Positions 40,344 to 49,772 of a stretch of 64,000 nucleotides of DNA are shown in pieces (position 1 is the stretch's first letter; the number at the start of each line of letters is the position of its first letter). A program made the position numbers and the translations under genes. The notes under the pieces are model-generated. The model was not told where the DNA came from. It saw nothing but the letters and a program-made list of their open reading frames with translations, and ran no database searches. The stretch spans positions 512,001 to 576,000 of the forward strand of contig CBDCKW010000009.1 of the NCBI GenBank assembly GCA_965218435.1, written 5' to 3'. Origin of the DNA: Truepera sp. Its GTDB lineage: Bacteria; Deinococcota; Deinococci; Deinococcales; Trueperaceae.

Positions 40344-40478
40344 ACCGTTACCTTAGCAACTCGAGACTTTTTTTACAAAAAAGCTGTCACACTATCCTCG
40401 GTTCAGCCGTGAAGTGCAATTTTACACATGAGTCTCTGGTACCGGTCCTCTGTACTGGGCTTATGCAAACTTTACGCG

Positions 40479-41192
40479 TCAGCTTTGCAGCTCAGCCCGG
40501 TTGTCAGCTAACTGTTTGGCCTGCGCTAAAACCGCGTCGAACATCGCCGGCGTCAGTTTGCCCGTGTTGGTATTTTGCAAACTCACGTGGTAGCTGTCGA
40601 GCAGCGGCAACACACCCTTGCCAAACGTATGCAGCGCACCGTGAGAAAATTTGTAGGCGACTTTGGTCAATTGGTAACCTTGACGTTGCAACAGCTCAAG
40701 GTAACTGTTATGGGCAATTTTGCCAAGTGCCAAGACCACCCTAAGCTCCGGCAACCCCGCAAAATCTCGTTCCAACCAGCTCTGACAGTTTGCTAGCTCG
40801 CCTCTAGTCGGCTTGTTACCGGGCGGCGCACAGCGGGCGGCTGCGCTGATAAACACATCTTTAAGCGTCAGACCGTCGTCTAAGCTTTGTGCCAGAGGCT
40901 GATTTGCCAAACCGACGCGGTAAAGCGCCGGATAGAGAAACCCCCCCGAGCCGTCGCCGGTAAACATCCGGCCTGTCCGGTTTGAACCGTGCGCACCGGG
41001 GGCGAGACCTAAGAGCAAAATACGCGCGTCCGGGTCACCGAAGCCGGGAACCGGACGACCCCAGTACGGTTCATTTCGGTAGCTGCGGCGTTTTTCCCTT
41101 GCAACGGTTTCGCGGTGGGCAACCAGCCTCGGGCAACGGGTACAGGTCAGCAGCGCGTCCGGGGCCGGGTCGTAGCTTTTAGCCTTAGCCAA
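40479..41192 (-). CDS. Uracil-DNA glycosylase family 5 (UDGb), Fe-S cluster type
   Basis: CTRCPRL, GLAPGAHGSNRTGRMFTGD, RCAPPGNKP, SYHVSLQNTNTG. Confidence 0.9.
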   Translation of the reverse strand: MAKAKSYDPAPDALLTCTRCPRLVAHRETVAREKRRSYRNEPYWGRPVPGFGDPDARILLLGLAPGAHGSNRTGRMFTGDGSGGFLYPALYRVGLANQPLAQSLDDGLTLKDVFISAAARCAPPGNKPTRGELANCQSWLERDFAGLPELRVVLALGKIAHNSYLELLQRQGYQLTKVAYKFSHGALHTFGKGVLPLLDSYHVSLQNTNTGKLTPAMFDAVLAQAKQLADNRAELQS

Positions 41193-42345
41193 GCCCCAAC
41201 CCGGTTTTCAACCTTGCCAACGCCTCGTCTACAATCGCTGCTGAAGTTGCAAAGTTAAGCCGTGCAAAGCCCGCTCCGCCGGGGCCGTAAGGCGGCCCTT
41301 CGTTGAGCCCGACGCCGCACGCTAAGAGTTTCTCGTATAAACCGTCACCTAAGCCTAGACTGCTGAGCTCGAGCCACGCCAGATACGTTCCTTCCGGCGC
41401 TGCGTAACGACCGTCCGGCAAGTAGGTCTCAGCAAACTTCGTCACCCGGTTACGGTTACTCTGCAAATACTCCAAAGCGCCCGACAGCCACGCGCCGCCC
41501 CCCTTATAGGCCGCCTTCGCCGCTGTTTGCGCCATCACGTTGGGCGGCGTGACGAGCCCCGCACCCACCCGTTTGAGTCGGTCACGAAGCGCCGCGTTTT
41601 GCGTGATGACAAAGCCGACCTTAAGCCCCGCGATATTAAATGTCTTCGTCGGTCCCAACAGCGTCACCGTGCGCTCTGCAATTTCATCACTCAGCGACGC
41701 AAAGGGAATGTGCTGCTGACCGGGATAGACGAGGTCGCTGTGCAGTTCATCCGAAACAACCCATAAGCGGTGACGGAGGACGATCTCAGCTAGCGCCTCG
41801 AGTTCACTCCGCTCGAACACGCGCCCGGTTGGATTGTGCGGGTTGCAGATCATCAGCAGGCGGGTTTCGGGCGTAATAGCCTCTTCCAAGCCCGCTAAAT
41901 CCATCTCCCAACGCGACCCCGACCAGACCAGCGGGCTGTACTGCGCCGTCCGTCCGGTGTCGTTCACCGCCGAGATAAAGGGCGGATAGATGGGCGTTTG
42001 TAAGAGCACCCCTTCGCCCGCCGACGCGCACGCCAGCGCACCCAGATAAAGCCCCGGTACGATGCCGTGAACCGGCATGATGTCGTCCTCTTGAACCTGC
42101 CAGCCGTGCCGCTCACTCAGCCACATGGCGAGCGCCTCACGCAATCCCGGCTCACCCGTCGCGTAACCCGTCGGATAGCCTAAATTGCCACCCCGGGCGC
42201 GTTCAGCCAACGCCTGTGTAATCACGTCGGCGGGTGGGAAATCCATGTCGGCCACCCAGAGCGGCAACACGTCACCCTCATAATGCGTCCACTTCATACA
42301 GTTTTTTTCACGCATCGCCTTTATGGTCACGTCAAAAGAGGTCAT
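41185..42345 (-). CDS. MalY/PatB family PLP-dependent C-S lyase
   Basis: LPLWVADMDF, CNPHNPTG, SDELHSDL, PTKTFNIAGL; leaderless start at 42345. Confidence 0.92.
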   Translation of the reverse strand: MTSFDVTIKAMREKNCMKWTHYEGDVLPLWVADMDFPPADVITQALAERARGGNLGYPTGYATGEPGLREALAMWLSERHGWQVQEDDIMPVHGIVPGLYLGALACASAGEGVLLQTPIYPPFISAVNDTGRTAQYSPLVWSGSRWEMDLAGLEEAITPETRLLMICNPHNPTGRVFERSELEALAEIVLRHRLWVVSDELHSDLVYPGQQHIPFASLSDEIAERTVTLLGPTKTFNIAGLKVGFVITQNAALRDRLKRVGAGLVTPPNVMAQTAAKAAYKGGGAWLSGALEYLQSNRNRVTKFAETYLPDGRYAAPEGTYLAWLELSSLGLGDGLYEKLLACGVGLNEGPPYGPGGAGFARLNFATSAAIVDEALARLKTGLGLG

Positions 42346-42378
42346 GAGCATAAGTGTAACAGCCGCTAGACTGCCCTT

Positions 42379-43353
42379 ATGAAACTTCACGTGAACGTGC
42401 CCGAGTGGGCCGCCGCCATCGTCTCCGACCTGACCGATATGGACCGGAATCCGCACCCGGTAGACGCCCGTAAAGTCTCGAGCTTCGCTCTCGAGTTACC
42501 CGACGACGTGTATTTCGAGTACGCCTTTTTAGACGAAGCAAGCAAGATGCGTGCCGATCCCGAGCGCGAAGAACGCGCCGACAACCCCTGGTATAAAGAA
42601 GTCAGGGCCGTTTACGGCCCTGAGTATTACCCCAATCCTTACGCCGACCCTGATGAGCTGCCGACCGGGGAGACGAAGAGATTGAGGCTCGAGTCCCGCC
42701 ACCTAAATCAGACCAAACGTGTCAGTATCTACACGCCTAAAGGTTACGAAGACGAGCCCTTACCCACTGTTTACGTGCAAGACGGCGTGGCGCTGTACCG
42801 CTACGTCAAACTGCACCTGATCTTAGAAAACCTGTTGCGGGACGGCCTGGTACGTCCGGCGCAGCTGGTATTTCTCGAGCCCACCGACCGCACGCAAGAG
42901 TACGGCTTTAACGACCTCTATCAAAAATTTGTTTTAGAGGAAGCCCTTCTGGAAGTTGAGCAAACTGTTGCTGTCACGGACGAGCGAATTGCGTTAGGTG
43001 CAAGCTTAGGTGGCCTTGCCAGTGTGCTTTTAGCTCTAAATGACCCCAACTTATTTCGCGCCGTGGTGACGTTTTCGGGGGCCTTTTTGGGCTCCCCGGA
43101 TGACAGAGACTTTTACCGCAGCGAGCAGTCGTGGGTGCTGGATGAGCTTAAGAAACGGGACACGTTGCCGCTGCGTTTTTACACCGAAGTCGGAACCCTG
43201 GAGTGGCTTACGGACATCAACCGTAAAGTGGCTCGAGTCCTAGACGAAAGAGGCTATGAACACGTTTACGCCGAGCGCAGTGCGGGGCACAACTGGACGA
43301 ACTGGAAAAACGGCTTTCAGGGAGCGTTGACGTTTGCGTTAGCCGTAAAATAA
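42379..43353 (+). CDS. Putative esterase (Fes-like alpha/beta hydrolase)
   Basis: GASLGG nucleophile elbow, QDG, GHNWTNW. Confidence 0.85.
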   Translation: MKLHVNVPEWAAAIVSDLTDMDRNPHPVDARKVSSFALELPDDVYFEYAFLDEASKMRADPEREERADNPWYKEVRAVYGPEYYPNPYADPDELPTGETKRLRLESRHLNQTKRVSIYTPKGYEDEPLPTVYVQDGVALYRYVKLHLILENLLRDGLVRPAQLVFLEPTDRTQEYGFNDLYQKFVLEEALLEVEQTVAVTDERIALGASLGGLASVLLALNDPNLFRAVVTFSGAFLGSPDDRDFYRSEQSWVLDELKKRDTLPLRFYTEVGTLEWLTDINRKVARVLDERGYEHVYAERSAGHNWTNWKNGFQGALTFALAVK

Positions 43354-43357
43354 ATTG

Positions 43358-43681
43358 ATGGGCGAAGTTGTGCTGACAATCCACGATGACCTGAAACTCG
43401 TCCGGCAGCTTGTATTAGGCGGTTTGGGTGACGCTCCGGCAAGGGTGTACTTATTCGGCTCACGCGCCACCGGAAACGCTCGCCCCGCCTCGGATATTGA
43501 CGTGGCGGTGTGGCCCCTCGCTGAGTTGCCGGTTGGGACACTCGCACTCATCCGTGAAGCCTTAGAAGAAAGTCTGATTCCGTTCACCGTAGACCTTGTA
43601 GATTTATGCAATACCGATGACGCGTTTCGGGCTCGAGTCCTGGCCGAAGGGATAGCGTGGCACGAACCCAAGAACGCTTAG
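43358..43681 (+). CDS. Minimal nucleotidyltransferase (MNT) antitoxin
   Basis: YLFGS-x10-DID intact; VDLVDL; overlaps the HEPN gene. Confidence 0.9.
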   Translation: MGEVVLTIHDDLKLVRQLVLGGLGDAPARVYLFGSRATGNARPASDIDVAVWPLAELPVGTLALIREALEESLIPFTVDLVDLCNTDDAFRARVLAEGIAWHEPKNA

Positions 43682-44052
43682 CCGTTGCCCGTAAAGCACT
43701 CGGGACATTGCAAACACTGCTGCTTACAGACGTGACAGATGTCGTCAGAGACGCAGCGATTCAGCGGTTTGAGTACAGCTTTGAAGCGACCTGGAAGGTG
43801 GCGCAGGCATATTTATCTGAAGTCGAGGGGTTGGGGGCCGCGTCACCTCGAGCAACGATTCGCGCGTCTCTCGAAGTTGGCATGCTGGACGAAACCGCCA
43901 CCCGCCTTGCCCTCAAAATGGTTGACGACCGTTTGAGCGTTCACACCTATAACGAAGCGTTGGCTGAAGCAATTTTTGACCGACTCGGCGAACACGCACA
44001 GGTGATGGCGGTGTGGCTTGACGTGATGGAACACAATGTTGAGGAATCCTAG
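43657..44052 (+). CDS. HEPN (HI0074-type) toxin with a shortened R-x3-H motif
   Basis: RDAAIQRFEYSFEATWK, SPRATIR, DDRLSVHTYNE. Confidence 0.85.
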   Translation: MARTQERLAVARKALGTLQTLLLTDVTDVVRDAAIQRFEYSFEATWKVAQAYLSEVEGLGAASPRATIRASLEVGMLDETATRLALKMVDDRLSVHTYNEALAEAIFDRLGEHAQVMAVWLDVMEHNVEES

Positions 44053-44104
44053 TTATCTTTCTTTCGTACAGCCTAAGACCTCTTCACCGCGCTAAACTAA
44101 GCTT

Positions 44105-44303
44105 ATGACGCAAACCTTAAAAGCTCGAGGCTCTCCCCGAACCGCTGCAAAAAGAGGTTGAGGACTTCGTTGACTCTTTGCTGTCCAAACGTGCCGCAGC
44201 GCAGCCAAAAGGGGTTTCTTTTTCTTGGGCCGGGGGTTTGCGCGATTTGAAGGACGGAACGACTTCTGTTGATTTGCAGCATCAGGCTTCGGAGTGGCGC
44301 TAG
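44105..44303 (+). pseudogene. DUF2281-like antitoxin, frameshifted at about 44120
   Basis: Leaderless ATG MTQTL; after a frame change it reads KLEALPEPLQKEVEDFVDSLL...WAGGLRDL...TSVDLQHQASEWR*; absent from the ORF track. Confidence 0.7.
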
Positions 44304-44352
44304 GTGGTTCCAAAAAAAGACGCGCTCTATAACGAAAACTCTCGAGCTTGAT

Positions 44353-44615
44353 ATGGGACGCTATGACGAGCTGCTCTTTCAAGTGCTTAGAGGTACTTCA
44401 GACGCCAACATCACGTTTAGAGACCTAATCACCTGCTCAGCTACCTAGGATTTGGCGAGAGGGTACGCGGTAGCCACCATATTTTTAGACGCGCAGGTGT
44501 CGAAGAACGTATCAACTTGCAACGAGACGGCAGCCAAGCTAAGCCGTATCAGGTGAAGCAGGTTCGCGCCGTTATTGTTAAGTACGGTTTAGGAGGAGAC
44601 GATGCTGAAGTATGA
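44353..44615 (+). pseudogene. hicA: HicA toxin, frameshifted at about 44430
   Basis: MGRYDELLFQVLRGTSDANITFRDL / HLLSYLGFGERVRGSHHIFRRAGVEERINLQRDGSQAKPYQVKQVR; overlaps the hicB start. Confidence 0.85.
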
Positions 44616-44814
44616 AGTCATCATTTTTTGGAGCAATGACGATGACGCCTTTATCGCCGAGGTTCCTGAACTGCCGGGGTGCGCGGCTCACGGTGACACG
44701 CCCGAAGCTGCGCTGAGCCAAGCGCAAGAAGCGATGCAGCTCTCCCTCGAGACCGCCCAAGGATTCGGCGATCCTATCCCGGAGCCCAAAGGCCGCCGCT
44801 TGCTGTTCGCTTAA
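44602..44814 (+). CDS. hicB: HicB family antitoxin
   Basis: YEVIIFWSNDDDAFIAEVPELPGCAAHGDTPEAAL...PIPEPKGR; RBS AGGAGG. Confidence 0.92.
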   Translation: MLKYEVIIFWSNDDDAFIAEVPELPGCAAHGDTPEAALSQAQEAMQLSLETAQGFGDPIPEPKGRRLLFA

Positions 44815-44912
44815 TGTCTCTGCAACTCATCAGTCAGTACCAAGCGAAGCTCGAGCGTCTCATCGCTTACGGCGGTTCCCGCACTAAAAACCTCCGTGCC
44901 GAAGAAATATAG
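44814..44912 (+). pseudogene. N-terminal remnant of a type ISP-like R-M (N6 DNA methylase) gene
   Basis: ATG overlaps the hicB TAA; MSLQLISQYQAKLERLIAYGGSR resembles the N-terminus of this family as recalled; the sequence then runs into a terminator. Confidence 0.6.
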
Positions 44913-44920
44913 GCACGGAA
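44886..44920 (-). terminator. Terminator of the lipoprotein gene
   Basis: TCCGTGCC...GGCACGGA stem followed by GGTTTTT on the minus strand. Confidence 0.65.
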
Positions 44921-44945
44921 GAAACAACACTTTGTGCAGATAATA

Positions 44946-46121
44946 TCAGTACGTTCCAGAGGCTGTAGCAATAACGTAAGCGCCTGACGACGAAGTTTCT
45001 TTGTAGATATTGCCCCGCTTGTAGATGCGAACGGTCACTTCGCCCCGATTACACTGATTTTGTGCGCTGATGTACAAGAAGGTGCCTCTACGAACGCCGC
45101 TCTCAACGGTGTAGACATAGCCGTTACCAAAGTCGCGCTGAGCGGTTCCGCCGTCTGCTGTGGCGTAGGTTGTCAAAACGCGCCCACAATCTGAGTTGAC
45201 CCAATATCGCAAGGCTGCTTCTTGAGGCTCCGGTGGTTTGGGGTCTTGTACCATTATCTTTACACTCGCGTCATCACTCCCGTCGGTATTGGTCGCCGTG
45301 AGCGTGTAAGTTGTAGATTTTCCTGGTTTAACCGCGACATCCGAGCCTGTCACTTTGCCTACATCAGGAGAGATGCTCAAGGTATCTGCATCATCAACAT
45401 TCCAGCTCAAGGTAACTGAGTCGCCGGTTTCGATTGACCCCAAGCTCGCCGTGAAGCTGTTGATGACGGGAGGCTTTAAGACAGGCTCTGGGTCAGTAGG
45501 TGGAGTCGGCGGTGTCGGGTCGTTCGGCGGGGTGGGCTCAGTTGGAGGGGTTGGCGTTGTTGGCGGTTCAACCGGTGCCGGTTGTAAGGCCCTTGCTTCA
45601 CCCATGCGAGTCGCTAAGATATAACCTTCTATAAATGCATCTGAGCTGTCCAGCATCTCGCCGGACCCCTCGATGACTTGTCTACCTTGCGAATCTGTAG
45701 CGGCCATATTGTCCGTATCGTCGCCGGTAAAGAACAATTCACCATCAAGTATGGACACTGATAGTGCCACTCTGCCGGAGCTATATTTGAAGTCTCCAAT
45801 AAGACCAAAACCTTTTGTGGTAGCGCCACTGACGTAATCGCATACGGTACTGCTTTGGCAGACTATTGCCAAGCCAGCTCCCCGAGTAATCCCATCGGAA
45901 GTCACCTCACGGGTGATGTTAAGTGCATAGGTGGAAACCTCACCACTTGCGCTCGAGACAAAAGAAACACGCCACTCGCCTGCAAACGGTATGGCGTTAG
46001 GATCGTTGGGTGTTTCCGAGGGTGAGCTGGTTGGCGGCTCTTCTGGTGGTGTGGGTATATCAGTCTGACTGCCGCACGCGGCGAGTAAAAAAACGAAGGC
46101 CAAGGGCAAAACTCGTCTCAT
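44946..46121 (-). CDS. Multi-domain lipoprotein (beta-rich domain, Pro-rich linker, Ig/PKD-like domain, small C-terminal beta domain)
   Basis: RBS AGGAGA; lipobox LAAC; PVINSFTAS...VTLSWNV...TTYTLTATN. Confidence 0.8.
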   Translation of the reverse strand: MRRVLPLAFVFLLAACGSQTDIPTPPEEPPTSSPSETPNDPNAIPFAGEWRVSFVSSASGEVSTYALNITREVTSDGITRGAGLAIVCQSSTVCDYVSGATTKGFGLIGDFKYSSGRVALSVSILDGELFFTGDDTDNMAATDSQGRQVIEGSGEMLDSSDAFIEGYILATRMGEARALQPAPVEPPTTPTPPTEPTPPNDPTPPTPPTDPEPVLKPPVINSFTASLGSIETGDSVTLSWNVDDADTLSISPDVGKVTGSDVAVKPGKSTTYTLTATNTDGSDDASVKIMVQDPKPPEPQEAALRYWVNSDCGRVLTTYATADGGTAQRDFGNGYVYTVESGVRRGTFLYISAQNQCNRGEVTVRIYKRGNIYKETSSSGAYVIATASGTY

Positions 46122-46212
46122 CAGTCTCCTCTTATACTGTTCCAAAATTTGGAACGGCAAAACCTGCGCCACTACATCCCCGTTGTTAGTATCCGCAGGG
46201 AAATAATACCTT

Positions 46213-46659
46213 ATGAGTGGTAGCTGGCGTAAAGATGAGTTGGCGTGGAATCAAAGGTTACTTGAGCTGCATCTGAACTTTGAAACGGTAGAGCCGTATC
46301 CGCTTCACAGAACTGATTTGCCGAACGTCAAAAATCCTAAGGCGAAACTCAAAGCAGACAAGGCGGCGGGTGACATCATCCTTGATACTCAGACGACGCT
46401 TTCCGGGGTTCCGGCGGCGGCGTGGGATTATAAGTTGAGGAGTAGGTCGGGGCTCGAGTGGGTTCTGGAGCGGTACAAAGAGCGGGTCCCGAAGGAAGGC
46501 CATAGGCATACGCCGAAAGATAAAACGGTGGCGGAGCGGTTTAATACCTACCGGTTTGCGGACTATAAAGAGGAGGTGATTTTGCTTTTACGGCGGGTGT
46601 GTGCGGTGAGTGTGGCAACTGAGAAAATTGTAGGGGAGATGGCGAGCGTAAACGAGTAA
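46213..46659 (+). pseudogene. C-terminal remnant of a type ISP-like R-M enzyme (specificity domain)
   Basis: LLELHLNFETVEPYPL, AWDYKL-RSGLEWVL, ERFNTYRFADYKEEVILLLRRVCAVSV. Confidence 0.75.
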
Positions 46660-46668
46660 ACTAACTTT

Positions 46669-47088
46669 ATGCCGCTAAAGTTGGACAAAAAAGCAATAAC
46701 GGATTTTTTGAGGGCGCATCAGAGTGAACTGCGTGGTTTGGGCGTCTCACGTTTAGGTTTGTTCGGTTCGTTCGTAAGGGATGAAGCAACATCGGAAAGT
46801 GATGTAGATATTCTCGTTGAATTTGAGGCGGGCAAAAAGAGCTTTGCGGCGTTTATAGAGTTGGCGTTTTGGCTCGAGGACGCCCTGCAGCGACCTGTCG
46901 AACTCGTGACACCTGAATCGCTGAGTCCTTATCTGGCACCTCATATTTTGCCTACGGTTGAGTATGTGTTTGAATCTCAAGACGTTATCCTTCACCGTCT
47001 CAGGGCGCGTTATCAAGATATTTCGGGCAGCTTGGCAACTGAGCTTTTAGCAGAGCGACGTGTTGAGGCGGGGCTCGAGCACAAATAA
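46669..47088 (+). CDS. Orphan MNT nucleotidyltransferase with an unrelated C-terminal tail
   Basis: LFGSFVRDEATSESDVDILVEF; no HEPN gene follows. Confidence 0.85.
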   Translation: MPLKLDKKAITDFLRAHQSELRGLGVSRLGLFGSFVRDEATSESDVDILVEFEAGKKSFAAFIELAFWLEDALQRPVELVTPESLSPYLAPHILPTVEYVFESQDVILHRLRARYQDISGSLATELLAERRVEAGLEHK

Positions 47089-47136
47089 ACCCGTCTCACC
47101 CTAACTTTCTACTCGGGCGTGAGCTACCATAAGCCT

Positions 47137-48558
47137 ATGGACAATTCCGACAACACCATAGACAACATCTTTGAGAACCGCGACTACCGCACCGAGAAAG
47201 ACACAATGGGCGAAATCCGGGTCCCAGTGGACGTGTACTGGGGCGCACAGACGCAGCGGAGCTTGGAGAACTTCAAAATCGGCGGACAAAAGATGCCCTT
47301 AGAGGTCATCCACGCTTTCGCCGTCCTTAAAAAAGCTGCTGCTCTCACCAACGCCGAGCTGGGCGTGTTGCCACAAGACAAAGCCGACATCATCGCCCAA
47401 GTCTGTGACGAGATGTTAGCGGGGCAACACGACGAGCAGTTTCCGCTGGTGGTGTGGCAGACGGGCTCAGGCACGCAGTCGAACATGAACGTCAACGAGG
47501 TCGTGTCGAACCGGGCGATTGAGCTTTTGGGCGGCGACATCGGGTCACAGACGCCGATTCATCCGAACGACGACGTAAACAGATCACAATCTAGTAATGA
47601 TACCTTTCCGACAGCCATGTCTATCGCCGCATACACTGCTATCGCCCAAGGGACGCTGCCGGGTGTCCGGGTGTTGCAAAAGACCTTGGCCGACAAAGCC
47701 GAAGCGTTTAACGAGATTGTCAAAATCGGCCGCACGCACCTGATGGACGCGACGCCGCTCACGTTGGGCCAAGAGCTGTCGGGCTACGCGGCACAGCTTA
47801 CGAAGAGCATCCAAGCCGTCGAAAATACGCTGCCGCACCTCGCCGAACTCGCGCTTGGCGGGACGGCGGTCGGGACCGGACTGAACGCACCTGAAGGCTT
47901 TGCTGAACGTGTCGCCGAGGTGATTGCCGAACTGACCGGCAAGCCGTTCGTTACCGCCGAAAATAAGTTCGAGGCGCTCTCTGCTCATGACGCGGTGGTC
48001 GAGGCGTCGGGTGCCCTCAAGCGGCTCGCTGTCAGCTTGATGCACATTGCCAACAACATGCGTTTGTTAGCCTCCGGGCCGCGCTGCGGTATCGGAGAAA
48101 TCACCATTCCGGCGAATGAACCGGGCAGCTCGATTATGCCCGGAAAGGTCAACCCGACGCAGGCCGAAGCCATGACGATGGTCTGTGCTCAGGCGATTGG
48201 CTGTGACGCGGCGATTACGGTAGCCGGAACGCACGGGCACTTTCAGCTCAACGTCTTTAAGCCGGTGATGATCTATAACCTCTTGCTGTCGGCGCAGCTT
48301 TTAGGTGACGCCTGCCGCTCGTTTAACGATAACTGTGCGGTCGGGATTGAGCCCAACGAAACCCGGATTCGTGAACACCTCAACAATTCGCTGATGCTGG
48401 TGACGGCGCTCAACACCCATATCGGCTACTACAAAGCCGCGCAGATTGCCAAAACCGCGCACGCAGAGAACTTGACCTTAAAAGAGGCGGCGGTCAAGTT
48501 GGGACACCTGTCTGAAGCGGAGTTTGACGAGTTGGTGGTGCCGGAGAAAATGGTCTAG
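47137..48558 (+). CDS. fumC: Class II fumarate hydratase
   Basis: [37 protein letters not shown]. Confidence 0.97.
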   Translation: MDNSDNTIDNIFENRDYRTEKDTMGEIRVPVDVYWGAQTQRSLENFKIGGQKMPLEVIHAFAVLKKAAALTNAELGVLPQDKADIIAQVCDEMLAGQHDEQFPLVVWQTGSGTQSNMNVNEVVSNRAIELLGGDIGSQTPIHPNDDVNRSQSSNDTFPTAMSIAAYTAIAQGTLPGVRVLQKTLADKAEAFNEIVKIGRTHLMDATPLTLGQELSGYAAQLTKSIQAVENTLPHLAELALGGTAVGTGLNAPEGFAERVAEVIAELTGKPFVTAENKFEALSAHDAVVEASGALKRLAVSLMHIANNMRLLASGPRCGIGEITIPANEPGSSIMPGKVNPTQAEAMTMVCAQAIGCDAAITVAGTHGHFQLNVFKPVMIYNLLLSAQLLGDACRSFNDNCAVGIEPNETRIREHLNNSLMLVTALNTHIGYYKAAQIAKTAHAENLTLKEAAVKLGHLSEAEFDELVVPEKMV

Positions 48559-48559
48559 C

Positions 48560-49048
48560 ATGATCGAACTGCTACCGATGACGAAGGACGAGTTTGAGGG
48601 GTATTTAGCCGGAGCGATAAAAAACTACGCCGACGAAAAGGTCAAGGCGGGCAATTGGCCTGCTGAAGGTGCGCTCGAGAGCTCAGAACGCGACTATCTC
48701 AGCTTGCTTCCTAAAGGCGTCGCCTCAAAAGACCAGCACCTGTTTTCGCTTAAAGATACAGCGACCGGTCAAAACGCCGGGATGATCTGGTTTGCGGTTC
48801 GAGAACAAGCTGGACAGCAAACCGCCTTTATCTACGACTTTTCTGTTGACGAAGCGTTTCGGGGAAAAGGTTATGGCCAGGGGGCGCTGAGGGGCCTCGA
48901 GCAAAAAGTTAAAGCTCTAGGCGTTACGTCTATTTCGCTGCATGTGTTTGGTCATAACCGCGCGGCCTGGGCGCTTTACGAAAAGCTTGGTTACGAAGTC
49001 ACCAACGTCAATATGACCAAGCGGATAGGAGCAATAAGTACCGAGTGA
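48560..49048 (+). CDS. GNAT N-acetyltransferase
   Basis: FRGKGYG acetyl-CoA motif, LHVFGHNRAA-ALYEKLGY. Confidence 0.9.
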   Translation: MIELLPMTKDEFEGYLAGAIKNYADEKVKAGNWPAEGALESSERDYLSLLPKGVASKDQHLFSLKDTATGQNAGMIWFAVREQAGQQTAFIYDFSVDEAFRGKGYGQGALRGLEQKVKALGVTSISLHVFGHNRAAWALYEKLGYEVTNVNMTKRIGAISTE

Positions 49049-49082
49049 CGAGGCTTTAAGCTTTTACTCATTGCTCACCACT

Positions 49083-49772
49083 TTACTTCCTCTGATCAAT
49101 CCGCTCGGCGTCTTGCGGAATATCACGGAGTTCGGCGGGGTCTAGGCCGGTGTCGAGCTGGTAGTCTTGAAACTTGAGCTCGGCCAAAGAGTCGCCGCTG
49201 CGCTGGACAAAGGTCATCGTTTCAGGGAGCCACTGATTATCTAAAATCGTCGCGTTCACGTAGCCGATGTTGGCCCCTTTGTCGAGGTTGTCAAAACGCA
49301 GATTATAAACCGGGCCGTCCGGTGAGTCTTTGTAGCCCTTGACGGTCGCTTTCCAGTTGTCCGAGCTAAAAAAGTTGCCTAAGTCGGGGGTCAAGTTGAT
49401 ACTGCCCTGCGCCGCATCCTGAGGCAACAGGCCGCCCAAAGCCTCGGGATCGTTCGCATTTAGAATGGTGATCTGGTTGGTGACGAAAAGATAGTTGTAA
49501 ACCGTTCTACCGTCTACGATGATAAAGTTGTCGGCTAGCGCGTCGGGTTGGTTAAAGTAGGCTCTGGCAAGCTCTTGGCCGGGGATAAACTGAATGTCAA
49601 CATCAAGTGTGATCTTTTGCCCATCGGTATCAAAGAGCGTCCCGGTCAAACGGAAGCTGGCGTCCTGGAGCGAGTTGCTCTTCGCCTCGAGCTTTCCTAA
49701 AACTTCGTTGGCGCTCAGGTTCTGGGCGAAGGCGAAAGGTACGAGTAGGGTTAGGGTTAAAATCCACTTCAT
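49083..49772 (-). CDS. LolA-like outer membrane lipoprotein carrier
   Basis: Signal peptide; PDALADNFIIVDGRTVYNYLFVTNQI; beta-rich. Confidence 0.7.
   Translation of the reverse strand: MKWILTLTLLVPFAFAQNLSANEVLGKLEAKSNSLQDASFRLTGTLFDTDGQKITLDVDIQFIPGQELARAYFNQPDALADNFIIVDGRTVYNYLFVTNQITILNANDPEALGGLLPQDAAQGSINLTPDLGNFFSSDNWKATVKGYKDSPDGPVYNLRFDNLDKGANIGYVNATILDNQWLPETMTFVQRSGDSLAELKFQDYQLDTGLDPAELRDIPQDAERIDQRK

Noticed and set aside
42346..42456. Head-to-head overlap of malY and the esterase gene implied by the ORF track
   Set aside because: Leaderless starts at 42345 and 42379 remove the overlap
44092..44382. 96-aa minus-strand ORF
   Set aside because: Antisense shadow of the DUF2281-like and hicA pseudogenes
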